A stretch of DNA of 63,864 bases, counting the filler, from Klebsormidium nitens (lineage: Eukaryota > Plantae > Klebsormidiophyceae), in the NCBI GenBank assembly GCA_000708835.1. It is 10 parts of 10 records of this genome, joined end to end, with 100 filler letters (N's around TTAATTAATTAA, not from the genome) between each part and the next. Parts side by side here need not be neighbours in the genome. Positions count along the whole stretch, not along the records: positions 46,546 to 53,837 come from DF238300.1; positions 53,938 to 57,451 come from DF238632.1; positions 57,552 to 61,145 come from DF238565.1; 7 more parts are not named here. The stretch is one strand, 5' to 3'. Below, piece by piece: positions 46,643-60,871 of this stretch. The position numbers and the translations under genes are program-made. How positions within the stretch are numbered: position 1 is the stretch's first letter; every line of letters starts with the position of its first letter. Under the pieces are notes generated by a model that saw nothing but the letters and a program-made list of their open reading frames with translations, made no database searches and was not told the DNA's origin.

Positions 46643-49600
46643 ATGGAAGGAGCTATGGATATCCTGCGCACAAACCTGAGCAAAGTGCGCATCCCCAGCG
46701 GCTCAAACAAAGTGTACAAAGAGGAGTGCTGTGTTTCCTTCGATACAACGGTGAGTGCAGCGGATCAATTGCACATCATGCTACCACGGGTCATGGCTAT
46801 GCTGAGTCACTGAGCTGAGCTGATATGCAGATGCACTTGGCGGTGGTGGTGGTGCAAGACAACTTCCATGTACGCTCGTCCCAAGGATAGCGGTCCACTT
46901 GATCAGCCTCTTTCTGCCTTCTGCGAACATCAGTAGCTGCCCTTTGGATCTTCTGCTGACTTTGTCCATGTTACTGCAGACATCTGAAGGGGGCCTGTAT
47001 GTGGACCTCAATTCTTTCTTGGGGTTCGGGCGGGACTACGTGAAATGGAATTATGAGAAGACAGGGGACCCGGTGTACCTTCACATCAAAAAGACACGCA
47101 GACCGGACCCAGAGGAGGAGCAGCCACGCAAAAAACCAACCATCGTCGCTATTGGTGAGGCCCAGAAATTGGAACACTTACTCAGTAACTGCGCTCAATC
47201 CAGCCACCTTGCAGAATTTGCCAGACCTATACAGACATCTGCCGTCCTTTCAGACGGTTGATGGCTTCTGAAGTCTTTTTCCGCCTGACCTAGCTGCCTG
47301 GCAGGTGCCTATTTCCTAACTTGAAGCGTAGTACTGCAAGCAGCATCAGCAGCCACCTGAAACTGTGTTGGCGCACTTCTTTCAGTACTCTGCCGAGAAC
47401 ATGCTCCTGGTGCACAACCATCTGGCTTCATAGTCTTATCAGTAAGAACTCGAACCAGGATCAATGTACAATTCAGCTGACATAAAGATGCAAGTGTCTG
47501 CTGAAAAGGAGAGCCAACTTGATTGACAATTTTCCAACATTATGGCTCTCCTCTTGATCATCTGAGTGGGAGAAAGATTCTTAGAGCGACAAAATCTTAC
47601 AGCAGGCCTTTATTGTACACAGGTGTTGATGGGGGTTTTCCGGACAAGCAGGAGGAGTATGATGAAAGCCTGAGCATCTGCATCCTTCCCAATTTCATTG
47701 AGTTGCCATATCCCGATGTCAACCTTCCAGAAAAGGTACCCTTGAGCGCTCCACCTCATGAATCTGCATGTGCTGAAGCTTGCTGTGACTGCTTTCAGAA
47801 GCACACTTCTTTTCTTGAGTACCTTATCTTGAGTACCTCAAATCCAGGCTTGACCTCCTGAGCCATCAGTTCGCGCTGAGTACAGTCGTTTCCTTTCACC
47901 AAGCAAGCTGGAAGTGACGTAATGATGCATTCAAACGCTTTAATAAAAACTTCCAAAAGCTAGTCCTTTGGTGTTTTTAGAAAGGCACCGGGCGTTGCAA
48001 CTCACAACGTGTGCCGCTGGCGCTGCCAAAGTGCATCCGCAGGCTTGGATGACATGCGCCGCTGGTTGCCCACGTTCTTTCTGTGTTGTGCGGCGCAGGT
48101 GCGCTCGGCGGTGGAGCAGGTGTTGGCTGCGCAGGGCGCGGAGCGGCGCGACCAGCTGGCGGCGTGGGCGGCGGACGCAAAGGTGGTGAGCAAGTACGCG
48201 GAGGGGCTGCAGCAGGCGGACAACGGGGTGCGCATCGGGGCGACAGGCTGGCGCTGCCGCTTCTGCGACAAGACTGACAACCTGTGGCTCAATCTCAGCG
48301 ACGGCAGCATCCTGTGCGGGCGCAAGAACTGGGACGGCACCGGGGGCAACAACCACGCGCTCGAGTACTACCAGCAGACCAAATACCCGCTGGTCGTCAA
48401 GCTGGGGACCATCACCGCCGACCTCACCCAAGCAGGTGACTTTCGCGGCTGATTGAGGTCTCTACATTTAGTTTGGTAGATCGAAGGTCTGCAACTGGGA
48501 CGCTCCACCAGTTCTTGTTCGATATGGGATCTCCGCGCCGGCTGAGAGGAGCTCTCAAGGGGTCTCAGATCTTCTCCTCGACTTCCCCCCAGACGTGTAC
48601 TCGTACCCCGAGGACGATGCCGTGGAAGACCCGCTCCTGGCCAAGCACCTCCAGCACTTCGGCATCGACTTCTCTGCGCTCCAAAAGGTAAGCCTCCACT
48701 CCTGCAACACTCAACCGGTCGACTCACCCTATCCTCATTGCCTGATCTGCCTACGGTCTGGTTTTCAATGTAGGCTCCTCTCTTATTGAGAGCGTGCGGC
48801 TTTTTCTAGAGGGCAGTGACCAACATGGACGGTATTGTACATCTGATCGTTTGTAACATTCTTCTATGTTTCCACGAAGGTCATAGGAGCGGCGTTTGTC
48901 GTTTGATTCGAAGCAGTGGGCCGAGCCCGACGTTGCGCTGAGCGCTGAGCTGTCGCGTGTGTTTGCCTGGTGGCTGCAGACGGAGAGCACGACGGCGGAG
49001 CTGGAGCTGGACCAGAACCTCAACTTCGACTTCACGCGCCTGCAAGAGAAGGGGAAGCAGCTGGAGCCCCTCTTTGGGCCGGGCTACACGGGGCTCGCCA
49101 ACCTGGGGAACAGGTGGAGCCACGTCCGCTAACTGTTTCCATAAAAAGCGGCAGTCCTCTCGTGCAATCTGCTGGAGCGGTCCTCGTGCAACGAGTCTAG
49201 CTGTGAAACGGTGACTGGGGGCTGTGTCTGGGCGCTCCGATTCGTCTACTAAACGAAGGAAAACAGCTGTCTCACGCGGACAGCCTGTGTACAGCCGTCT
49301 GCTCGGACGGCACTCCGTTCCTACCTTCTCGTTCTTTTACTAACACGTTCACCGATCTGCCTCACTTCTGCAGTTGTTACCTTGCGTCCGTGGTTCAGGC
49401 GCTTCTGACAACCAAGGACTTCCAAACGAGGTGCGCAGATTCGATGTCGTTCCGCATGGCGGGGACAGTAAACGGCTTCTGTGAATCTTTACGGTTGTCA
49501 GCTTCCGTGATAAGAGCAGTACAGCTTTGTAGACAGCATTTTCTATCATCTCAGCCTTCTGCACAGCAACTTCCTTTCTCGAGATGCTGCCCGCTTGCGT

Positions 49601-52600
49601 GGAAGCGAAAGCCCGACTTTATTGCTGGCCCGCAGGTACTTCAACGATGCGGACCTCGAGACTGCCTTCAAGCAGGCGCCCAGCGACCCCACCCTCGACT
49701 TCAACTTTCAAATGTGAGCCGGCACGCTACCACTCACGTGCTCGTTCCGGTGGAAGCTTCCGGCATAGGTCTGCGCTCACAAGAGAAGCTGGGTTTTGGC
49801 AAGTTCTCCCGTCAAATAAGTGCTGCCCGCCGCACCTTTCTCGCTTTCTCGTGGCCGTGCGTCAACACCTGTTTGACGGGCGCTGCCTCCCGCTCGTCCT
49901 CACCGCGGCGCGCCCCCCGTGCTTGCTTGCAGGACCAAGCTCGCCCACGGCGTCCTGTCGGGGGCCTACTCGCTGCCGTCCACCGATTGCGACACCACGC
50001 CAGGCACGGAAACCTCCACGCCGGTACGCGACGATACTTTCACACAATTGCAGCATTCGTAGCATACGAAAGTCTGGCAGAGCTTGGGTTTCAATCGCTT
50101 GAATGTTGTCAACTGCCGCATGGACTGGCGCAAGTAGCCAGCAGGAAGTCCTTGCTCTTCTTTGATCTCGGTTGAAAAGTTGTTTGTCCGTCAAGCAGCA
50201 ACATCTTTGAAGGCCAGCTTTGCGCCATGCAAGTGTTCCGGAACCAAATTCTGTCTTGGCTGTAGCAAGTCTCTGCGTCGAGCGCTTCGTTTGTTAGATC
50301 AACGGTCGCAGTCTTTAAAAGCAAATTGCATGTTCTGTTTTCTTCAGCCCTCCCACAAGAATGAAACAGATGTCATAGTGAAGGAGACTTTAGCTCAGGC
50401 GCGTCTGTGCGGTTATGCAGGGGCAGGAGGGCATAGCGCCGCGCATGTTCAAGGCGCTGGTGGGGCAGGGCCACCCCGAGTTCAGCAGTGCGCGCCAGCA
50501 GGACGCCTTTGAGTTCTATCAGCACCTGCTGGACCTCGTCGAGAAAAGCAGCCGAGGCGCGCCACAGGGGGACCCTGCGCGTGCGTTCCGCTTCCAGGTG
50601 CAGGAGCGCATCGTGTGCGGGGCGTCGGGGCGGGTGCGGCGCACGGCGCGCAGCGACAACGTGCTGAGCCTGCAGGTCCCGCTGGACAAGGCCATCAACG
50701 CCGACGAGGTGGCCGCGTACCAGCAGCGCAAGGCCGCCACAGAGGCCGCGGGGGAGAAGCTGTGAGTGAAAGAAAAGGGGGGCACGGGCACGGGAAGACT
50801 GTTGTCTTCCGGATTGTTCTGCTCCAGGCGAACGAGTGCAGGAAGCCGCTGCTTGGCCTGTGCCCCCAGAAGGCTCAGGAGGGAGTGGTTCGATCTTCAC
50901 GGTCTGCAAGGCTTGTTGCTCTCAGCGAGTCGCAGTTTGCCTTCTTGCTGCGTCGTGGTTGTGCGCCAGCAGATTTTTTTTCGGTTTATTGCCCTTCCTT
51001 GGGGATGTGCAGCTCTTTCGAAGGAAGTCCTCGCATCCTCAACAGTCGGAAAAAATGGTTCACGCGCTGTATGGTCCCCTACTTTTGACCTGAAGCTGAC
51101 GTCGCTCCTCTATCCCCAGAGCTGCCGATGACGTCGTCCGGCCGCGCGTCCCCCTCTCTGCCTGCCTGGAGGCCTTTGCGGCGCCCGAGACGATCCAGGA
51201 CTTCTACAGCTCGGCGATCCGGGGCAAGACGCACGCGAGCAAGAGCGCGGCGCTGGGCACGTTCCCGCCGCTGCTGGTGCTGCACATGCGCAAGTTCGTG
51301 CTGGACGCCGGCTGGGTGCCGCGCAAGCTGGACGTCTTCGTGGACGTGCCCGACAGCCTGGACCTCGCCCCGCTGCGCGCCGCCGCCCCCGCACCCGACG
51401 AACAAGAGCTGCCCGACGACGACGACGCGCCAGGTGAGCCAGGCACTTCTGCAATTTGTGCGGCAGGATGAATTAAGCAGGACGCTGCCTGAGACATCGT
51501 TCTTTACTAATGTCATTGGTTGCCCGACGCCCTGCGAGCCGAATGCAGGCTGCACGTGCTCGAATGTTTTGGCAAAGACGCAATGACGTGACACGGCTGC
51601 GGATCAGCCAGGGACAAAGGTCAGTAGGTTTTTACAGTCAGTTATAGCCTTCTAATCTTGCTAACGTCAGCATTCCGTGGCCATGGGTGCAGGGTCCGCC
51701 CCCGCCGGCCCGGTGCCCGACCCCGGCATCGTGTCCGCGCTGGAGGACATGGGCTTCCCGCGGGTGCGCTGCGAGAAGGCGGCGCTCAACACGCAGAACG
51801 CGGGGCCGGAGGAAGCCATGAACTGGCTGCTCGCGCACATGGACGATCCAGGTGCGGCACCGCGCGATGTACCCGGAAGAGACCGCATGCGTGCCAGTGG
51901 GCTGCCGTCTTTTTGCGTGGGTCACCTCGAGTTGGCAGCCTAGATAGATTGCAGGCGAGGCCCATGAGGCAGCCGCTTTCAGCTCCTCGCTTACCTCCGC
52001 TCTAAGAAGTTGCACCCGATCTAGGGTCAGAATCCGGGGTAGAATCCTCCCCATCTGCCAGCATGGTTGGTTCGAGGTTGTCAGCCCGGCTCCGTGGTGT
52101 CCGTCGTGACCTTGCGTTGCTGCTGACGCGTGCGTGCAGATATCGACAGTCCGCTGCCCGCGCCCGGCGGACGGCCCGCGGTGCTCGTGGACGAGGCCGC
52201 CGTGGAGACGCTGACCGCCATCGGCTTCTCAGCAGCCGCCGCGCGGAGAGCGCTGCAAGAGACGGTGAGGGGCCAGGAGACACCAGAGAAGAACAGCACG
52301 ATGACCACCTCACGTGACCAACTTAAACAGTGACTTCCATCATTCATGAGCATGCGGCATATGCATGTGCGTCCAAGCTCGCTCCACAGAACAGTATAAA
52401 GCTGCTGACAAAGCTTATTGGGTAGATGCTGGGCTCCTTTGGTTCGTTTTGAATCTAGGCAGTGCATTAGTCATCCAAGCAATAGTTATCGTTTGCCAGT
52501 TCACGAGTCACGAGTGAGGTTGTACCGACCTGCTTGTGCGCCCCCTCGCTGCTTCAGCTGCTCATGCCTGGTCGGTCGCGTGCTTGGCAGGGCGGCAACG

Positions 52601-53169
52601 TGGAGGCTGCTGCGGAGTGGGTGTTTGCGCACCCCGAGGCGGGCGACGCCATGGACGTCCAAGAGGCGGCCGGGCCCGCCACAGCCGGAGGGGCTGCAGC
52701 AGGGAGCCCGCTGTCCAAGGACGACTTCCTCGACGGACCCCCAAGTGAGCAGCCCAGGCGCCAATCCATTTTTGTGCTTGCTTGACCCCGAGTGGAGGCA
52801 GGGGGCTACGAGATTGGGGGAGCTAGAAATCTTCACTATGTCGAGGTCCCAGAAACCACCTCGACATGGCGTCCTTCATTTGGAGGAGTCCCTTTGTAAC
52901 CGGAGCCCGCCTCAGGCGGCAGCCGAATGCGCCTTGCATTATGAATGTCCTTTCACAAGCAGCGCCGTGTTGACAACCTTTGTTTGTTTGCAGAGTACAA
53001 TCTGCTCGCGTTCGTAAGTCACATGGGATCGTCGACCCACGCCGGCCATTATGTCGCTCACATCAAAAAGGACGGCCGATGGGTGTTGTTCAACGACAGC
53101 AAGGTGGCAGCATCCGGAGACCCGCCCAAGGACATGGGCTACCTGTATTTCTATCAACGAGAGGATTGA
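46643..53169 (+). CDS. UBP14: Ubiquitin carboxyl-terminal hydrolase 14 (USP5/USP13 isopeptidase-T type), multi-exon
   Basis: N-terminus [14 protein letters not shown]...ECCVSFDT; ZnF-UBP ([35 protein letters not shown]); Cys box GLANLGNS|CYLASVVQ; QQDAFEF; two UBA domains (LEDMGF...AMNWLL; LTAIGF...AAEWVF); His box [15 protein letters not shown]...FNDSKV; stop at 53167-53169. Confidence 0.97.
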
Positions 53170-53796
53170 GGAGGATCGAAGCTTGAAACATCCAATACCG
53201 ATGTTTGTCAATTACGTACGATTGCGTGACATGCATTGGTGTTTCATGAATGGCCATCATGCGCTGTGGTACAGGCATGTTTGATAAATTTCGTTGTGAC
53301 CAATTATTGATCGTTGTCATGATCTTTCATGTGCATGACCCTCAGTAGTGTGTCATGCACTACCATGGTTAGCCTGTGAATTTGGACATGCTGTCAGATG
53401 GCGAGACTCGTGAACTGGCTGGCAACTCGCCTTCTCGCCATCTCGCCATGGGCCGCATGTCACTACTTCGGCGATGTACATGCGGCCAGCTAGGCCGCCA
53501 ACCCGGATTCAATTGCTTCATGATCATCGGATTCAATAATCATGCACATGATTATTGCATGCACGCGGCCACTCTTAATTCCAGTTTTAGGGGACTAGCT
53601 TGAAAATTCAACATACGATTGGGCGGGTTGAGCCCGCGCTCATGTACGTGCGGTCATGTACGTGCATTCGATTACCTGCATTCGATTGACTCACTCGATC
53701 ATGCATGCATTCGATCATCAATGATGCACGTACATCATCAATCCCGTGTTGCAATTTCGGGTCCGGCCGATTCCCGATTTCTAAATTCCTGACCAC

Positions 53797-53837
53797 TTTT
53801 TAGGGTTTTAGGGTTTTAGGGTTTTTAGGGTTTTAGG
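53797..53837 (+). repeat. Telomeric repeat (TTTTAGGG)n, about 5 units, at a contig end
   Basis: TTTTTAGGG TTTTAGGG TTTTAGGG TTTTTAGGG TTTTAGG runs into the linker, with the G-rich strand pointing toward the end. Confidence 0.85.
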
Positions 53838-56800
53838 NNNNNNNNNNNNNNNNNNNNNNNNNNNNNNNNNNNNNNNNNNNNTTAATTAATTAANNNNNNN
53901 NNNNNNNNNNNNNNNNNNNNNNNNNNNNNNNNNNNNNTCCCACGGGCCGCGTTCTAAGGGTCGGGAGGGAAAACCGGGTAAAAACGAGGTCGGGAGCTGG
54001 GGCCCGGGAGGGCACCCCGCCAAGGCGTTCTAACGGCCGTCGGTCGCCGAAGGCGAAATATCGACGGTAGAACGTTCATTTTCATCATGGGCTCAAAGGG
54101 TTAAACCCTATTGCCCCAGCAAAGCATTGGCGCGCGCGCGAGCGTAGTCAAAGCTCAGGCTCGCGACCCATGTCAGTGCATGCATGATCCGACATTTGAA
54201 CCCTTCAATTAGCCTTTCAGAAACATGTGCGCTAAGTTATGATGACCATCTCAAATAGGACTAGAGACTAGTCTCGCCGCGTCTACGAATCTGATCTGGC
54301 GCGGCGTTTGAGTTTCAAAGTGTGTTGCAATACTCGCATGCAATATAAGATGCAATCATACATGCCGTTGGTTGTTACTTGCAATACTTGCATATAGCGG
54401 GATGCCCGTGGTTGACAGTGTGCCACCAGATTGAGATCTAAGTTCGACGCCTTCCTTAAAGCGGATGATATTTGCGATATCCACTATGTATCTCTATCAA
54501 TTGCGCGGAGGCCACCAGCTTCCATCCTTGAGACTCGATTGTTATCATTGACGTTTGGATCCAATATAACTGCAGGCACTGAAAAGGCAGAAAGAGAAAA
54601 CTTGGTTGCAGCCGGATCAATTGCCGCAGCTTGCCGGACTCTCTGATCAAATTGAGAGCTTTTCAGTTCCACATGACATACACCTGAACTATGTCATTGA
54701 TGGTAATCCAGTGGCACCGTGGCCCCATCAGTGATAACTAGCTAGCATAGAGAAACAGAAAGCGGCGTCCATGTTGTACCATACCGACTCAGCCCTGGGG
54801 ATCCGTGAATCCGTGGTTGCAATTCCGCAGTGAATACTGTGCGCAGTGACGAGAGGTAACGACCAGTACCTGCACGGAACCGCAATTGCATGAGCGACTG
54901 AAAAGAGCTTACTTTCTTAAGTTGGATTTCTAGATAAAGCTCGGGCATTTTCAAGAGTGCACGAATCTTCTCAGCTTTAGCTCCGAGACTTCTAAGCAAC
55001 CTGAGCTGCGCAGTCTTGCTCATTGTCAACTACATCTTTGAAATAAAAGAACTGAGGCACAGACTCGAGTCGACCTTTGGAAACTAGATTCTGCATCACA
55101 AAGTCTAAACAATATAAGATGAAGCCCCGGCTACTTCTAGAACCTAAGAAGCACCAATTACGACCAGAAAAGCCTGTCAACAAAAGCAGACTGCGCACAT
55201 AGACCCTCAGCAACCCCACGCTACATACAAGGTAACTTGAGAATTAAGCACCACTTTGGGCGGTTTTGTTCATCAGGCCGATCTCACAGGTCTGCGCTTT
55301 CTTCCGTACCTCGTTGCCATCACTTTCATGAAACACGCAAGGACAATGCCAACAGCGAAAGGACGGCCCGACTTCGCCAGACGACCTCTACTGAAGAAAC
55401 TTTTGATCTCACCTTGAGTTGACAGCTGGGCTGCCACGTGTCGCATGGACATCCAAGGCAGCTTCGGCGAAGCAGAGGCTCCGCTGCAGCTGACACCGCC
55501 CGCAGATACCCTCTCCTCTTCCGGCCTCAAGAGATTCTTTGAAGTCGGACTGCTACGCCTCTCAGCGACCTGGAAGTTGAAAAAAGGCGTGCCCGGTTGC
55601 CGATTCCGAGCACCCCATATTGGCCAAAGACCGTGCACCTGGAGATGCTGGCAAAGTGATGTTGAGTTGCATTCTATAAGGNNNNNNNNNNNNNNNNNNN
55701 NNNNNNNNNNNNNNNNNNNNNNNNNNNNNNNNNNNNNNNNNNNNNNNNNNNNNNNNNNNNNNNNNNNNNNNNNNNNNNNNNNNNNNNNNNNNNNNNNNNN
55801 NNNNNNNNNNNNNNNNNNNNNNNNNNNNNNNNNNNNNNNNNNNNNNNNNNNNNNNNNNNNNNNNNNNNNNNNNNNNNNNNNNNNNNNNNNNNNNNNNNNN
55901 NNNNNNNNNNNNNNNNNNNNNNNNNNNNNNNNNNNNNNNNNNNNNNNNNNNNNNNNNNNNNNNNNNNNNNNNNNNNNNNNNNNNNNNNNNNNNNNNNNNN
56001 NNNNNNNNNNNNNNNNNNNNNNNNNNNNNNNNNNNNNNNNNNNNNNNNNNNNNNNNNNNNNNNNNNNNNNNNNNNNNNNNNNNNNNNNNNNNNNNNNNNN
56101 NNNNNNNNNNNNNNNNNNNNNNNNNNNNNNNNNNNNNNNNNNNNNNNNNNNNNNNNNNNNNNNNNNNNNNNNNNNNNNNNNNNNNNNNNNNNNNNNNNNN
56201 NNNNNNNNNNNNNNNNNNNNNNNNNNNNNNNNNNNNNNNNNNNNNNNNNNNNNNNNNNNNNNNNNNNNNNNNNNNNNNNNNNNNNNNNNNNNNNNNNNNN
56301 NNNNNNNNNNNNNNNNNNNNNNNNNNNNNNNNNNNNAATGTGTTGTTTTGACAAGCAGTGCCCACAACTCAGTGCCCCAACTCGGAAATACTGACGCCCA
56401 TTGACATGAAAAGGACGCTGGCGTATGTGGGCATGCTGCTGGGCGAACTGCTCAGGTGATCAGCTTGGAATTTGTCGATATTTTGAAGAAGCTGCGCGGC
56501 ACTAGGCACAGGTCTGCACCGCAACCGTCACATCACTCACGGATGGATCTCTGCAAATAGATTCAGGCTTCCGGGGTTGGGCCCCAAGCAACTTCAGCCA
56601 TGTGAATCATAGAAGCCTTTTAAGAGAAGGCTTTTCGAGAAGGCGCAAAACCAGAACAGGCTTCTCACCAATATACCTAATTAGAGGCTGAAATAGGACT
56701 GAGAACAACAAAGCAGTCTTCGATCAGGACTGATAAACTCAAGACCAATTGACGAGCCCGAGTCCCCCCCTTTGGGCCCATAATAACCAAATTAAGCAGA

Positions 56801-59710
56801 TCAGGTTTTGCAACTTGGCATAATCGTTCTCCAAGCTAGCAAAAACTTCTAAAAGACAGATTGGTAAGCGGGGGGGAAAGCTTACCTAGGGAGACGTCAT
56901 CTTATGCGCTTGGCAACCAGGCAGTCCCCCTTGTGTAGCTTTTCCTGGGCATCGTAACTGGAAAGAGGTGAGGCGAATGCATTAGCAACATATCCAAACT
57001 TGCCAGCAACGAGAGTTCTAATTGTGGTTCGACTACCAAAGTGGGGAAGAATATTTCGTTTGACGCAGCCAAAAAAATCCATTGAGTCCAGCACTTCCAT
57101 ACTCACTCTACTTCAATCAGATCAAGTGGTCTCGTTGCTTTTGATGTAATAGGGCGTTCATTACTAGCAGCAGCAGAAATAAGAGATGTTTGATCGAAAC
57201 TATCCCGCGCAATCTCATGCTTCAGAAGCCACAGCTTCCACCCTTCTTGGGGAAGGATTCCTTTTGAATGTTAGACACATTCTCAAAACAACGAGCCGAG
57301 CTGCGAGCGAAGACGAACAGAGAAAGAAGATCTCAGACATTTGAAAATTGAAAGCGCGGTGAAAGAGCAAATCAATCATCATAGTCTGGATCCATGCAAG
57401 ATGACCAGAGCGTGGGGACAGCGTGGCACACATAAGAATTCAGCTCTGCCGNNNNNNNNNNNNNNNNNNNNNNNNNNNNNNNNNNNNNNNNNNNNTTAAT
57501 TAATTAANNNNNNNNNNNNNNNNNNNNNNNNNNNNNNNNNNNNNNNNNNNNGTGTGACAATTGGCGATAATCGTCGATATAGTGTAAATTCGATCGGAGC
57601 CGTCAATATACGGTATAGGGTGGAACTTTGGGCTTATTAGATGCCGGTCCATTGAGCCTACTAGGTTAGGATGTACACCTAGAAAAAGGGCCGTGACTCT
57701 CCACTGTGACTATAGACTGCGTGAACTTGATTGATTGAATATCAATTCCAAAAACGTTGCGTTCGTCAGGCGGAATGTAAATGAATAGATGAATGAAAAA
57801 TTATAGAAGCACTAAAGGGTAGACCCGACACGGCTGGCACGGCGCAGATTGCAGCAACAAAAGACTCTTTGGGACTTCGGCGCTAAAACATGAGACTAGC
57901 GATGAACGCTTGAGGGCAAAACGTGATGATGGAATAGACCTTGCTTGATTGCGGAGACTTGATTGCAAGTTCGAATTTTCGAGAATGAAGGCCGAAAACG
58001 ACGTGTCACTGGTCCTTTTATACTTTAAAGCCAACTTCCGGACCATTCCCTACATCTTCTAATTTGAATTGCCTAGTCTAAATCGTCTAACTAGGTGCTG
58101 CGGGATTCTCGTGAATGGATGCATGGCGTAATTGGATTGTAATTTCGTGCCCACATGAAGGGAAGACCGTACCTCGAGGGCATCGGGTGTGAGTCGTTTT
58201 GATATCTATGTACACACAAGTGTGGAAACAAAGGGAACTACATATGGCTGCCACATGCTTCATGTGACGAGATTCTGCTTGAAGCATGTCGAAATTTCTA
58301 CACGAAAATTACGTGCATAAATGAGCTTGTAAGAAAGAAAGACGTTTTTAGATAAAACGGCAGAAACTCATGAATGAGATGTGAAATTGAAGCTCCTAGA
58401 AGTCGCTATTTAGTTTTGAGTGACACGTGGCAATTAGAGTAGACATAAAACTTTGCCGATTTTAATTCTCAAGGGGTGGTGGCGCCAACTTGTTAGACGG
58501 CCAACTTCTTGTTTGAACAACTTAAGAGAGTCCAGAGGAAGCGTAGTACACGGGAAAGCTACGGTGCAAATCGCGGGCGGGCGTTTTACCGGGCTGCGGC
58601 GCGAAGATTTGGCCGAGTATTTGAACCAATTGAAATCACCGTGCGGGCTCGTCGCCCGAGTCTCCGGGCAAGCGCAAATTGTCCTTGGCAGTAAATTGCC
58701 CTAATGTGCAGGACTTTTTGCCCCGGTTTAGCCGAAATTAGCCTCACTTCCAAATGCCCCGGAATGTAAACGACCGGCTGAGCTTAATAGTGACGTAGCA
58801 AGCTATCCGTGTAGTATAGTGTATAGCGATGCTGCCACACGAGGCACTGGTTTGGGACACATTTACATTTGTGTAGTCTTCATTGGCAGAATGCTTATCA
58901 GACAACTCGCTTAGCCCGGTAGGAATATATGACTAAGCCTCAAGCTTTCTCTGATGCCCGGAAAGGCTTCTCGGTCACCCCGGCCGCTTTGTAACGTACA
59001 TTTCAGTACATTTCAATTTCGCTGCCGTAAGTCAGTACCTTAGGCGGTCTGATTAGCCGCTACCGCAGTAGGTCAACATCTGCAGGTACGCTCTAGCCCG
59101 GTGCTTTATGATTGCCATACCGTTTAGGTACCGTGACCTCTTCCGGCCCTGCCAAGTCACCACCGAACGTGTGGCGGTGTCGAAGTTGCCAAACCGGGGT
59201 ACAACTCGCGTGCCCTCACAAATCTCTAGATGATATAAAAGTTTCCCTTTCCTCCTACAATATATGGTGGTCCCAAAAATAGCTCCTTTTGCTCTACCTT
59301 CTTGTCAATTTGAGCTTGGAACTTGATTCAAAACCTAATCCCCAGCTAACACACTAATGTAGAACTATTGTAGACATTGCCCCTAAACATAGCCTCAAGT
59401 GTCGTTGGTGTATCTTGCCTACTGAAGCTCATGCAGTGTCATTTTCAAGGTCCAAATTTAGGGCCAAATTCCTACAGAATTGGATAAATTGGTAGAAAAG
59501 TATGATATTTTGGGGACATTATCGTACGAGCACCGTTGGGGTTGCCCACAGACCGCCGGAAATTCGGCACCCGAAATTCGATCGTACCGTCGCAGTTGTG
59601 CGGGGCGCGACCACCGCAAATTTGAAGTACCGGGGAAATTGCCTCGGACCGATTTTGCAACATATCGGTCCCGTGTAGATGTACGTAGGGTAGTAAATTT
59701 TCTCGCTAAC

Positions 59711-60700
59711 ACGTGCACAAGCTCGAGGGGTTCCGTACTCTCCTTGCAGTCCGACTCCTTGAAACACGGCTCCATTTTGCTTACTTATGATGCAAGGATG
59801 ACACACACCGAAGTTTTCTTCTCCTAAAACGCCTCGGCTTGACCCCTATAATTCGGATCAATCGCGGCCGTCGACCTGGCATCTTGGTAAAGCTCGCATA
59901 GCCGGCGTGCCCCAACCTCCAATGCCAAAAAACTAGGCTCTTGGCTTTCCGCGTTAGCAAGCTCGTGTCTTCGTTGCCTTCGGTTGGCAAACCATATCAA
60001 CATGCCTTTCGCGTTTCCCTCCCTCGAAGCATGATCTCTCCATCCATAGACACTACACTTCGCTGCGGAACACAAATCCAACTCCTAGCGCGGTAGTTTT
60101 CATCACCGAGAACTTCTCTGCAACATCGGGAACAAATGCCACCGTACCGTACGGGGAAGGTCAAGCCGCTCACCGGTCAACTAGCGTCATGTCGCAACTC
60201 CATGGTGCCAAACCCGGCTAACTCGAGAAAAACTTCTTCATTGACATTATTGCTTAGATCTTTGGTTCAAGCATCTTCAACGTTCGTTGAAAACGAGCTC
60301 CCAACTCTCGTCATGTGTTGACTAGCTTCGCGATCAACAATGCACCTTCTCATTTTGCCCCTAGTTCTGTTACAAAGGCAACTCCTTGCCGGCCCCTGGT
60401 GTACTTCTTCTTTGGGCAATCCTTCTTGGTATGGTCCGAGCCACTGCAGATGTAGCATTTCTTGCCCGATCCATCTTCTTGGGCCCCCTAGACCCGGGCA
60501 CTCTCTATCAAAGTGCCCCAGCTTATTCACATGTGGCAATTGATACACGGAAGCCTTTTCGAGGCCACCCTTGCCCTTGCCGGAAAACTTGCCACCCTTG
60601 GTTGCATAGGCCACCGCCGTTGCCGAGCTAGCAGTGTTGAGAAACGGAGCCCAATTGACGGCAAATTGTTGAACTAGGCTCGATAGATCTGAGCCGTAGG
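59711..60700 (-). mobile_element. Ty1/Copia fragment (gag knuckle, protease, GAG-pre-integrase, start of integrase), heavily mutated
   Basis: KCYICSGSDHTKKDC knuckle near 60410-60460, IVDREASQHMT (protease-like), WHWRLGHAGY, KESTEPLELVH. Homologous to the 63470-63740 region of the second copy. Confidence 0.85.
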
Positions 60701-60871
60701 ATCTTGAGTTGTGTCGTGTAATATCGACCGTCGGATTGCGGTTTGTAGCGTGTAACATCGACCTTAGAATTAGAAGTTTGTGTCGTTGAGTATCGACCGT
60801 CGGATTGCGTTTGACTCGGATTTTGGATCGTTAGAGTTGAGTCAACTCGAGTAGTATAGTATAATAGTACC

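Noticed and set aside
48002-52769. Many overlapping antisense or alternative-frame ORFs over UBP14 (and likewise over the phosphorylase, helicase and Copia exons)
   Set aside because: They are shadows of GC-rich coding exons and have no independent motifs.
53938-57451. Possible spliced minus-strand gene (exon-like LRLLRSLGAKAEKIRALLKMPELYLEIQLKK near 54912-55004)
   Set aside because: It is fragmentary, interrupted by a gap and has no identifiable homology.
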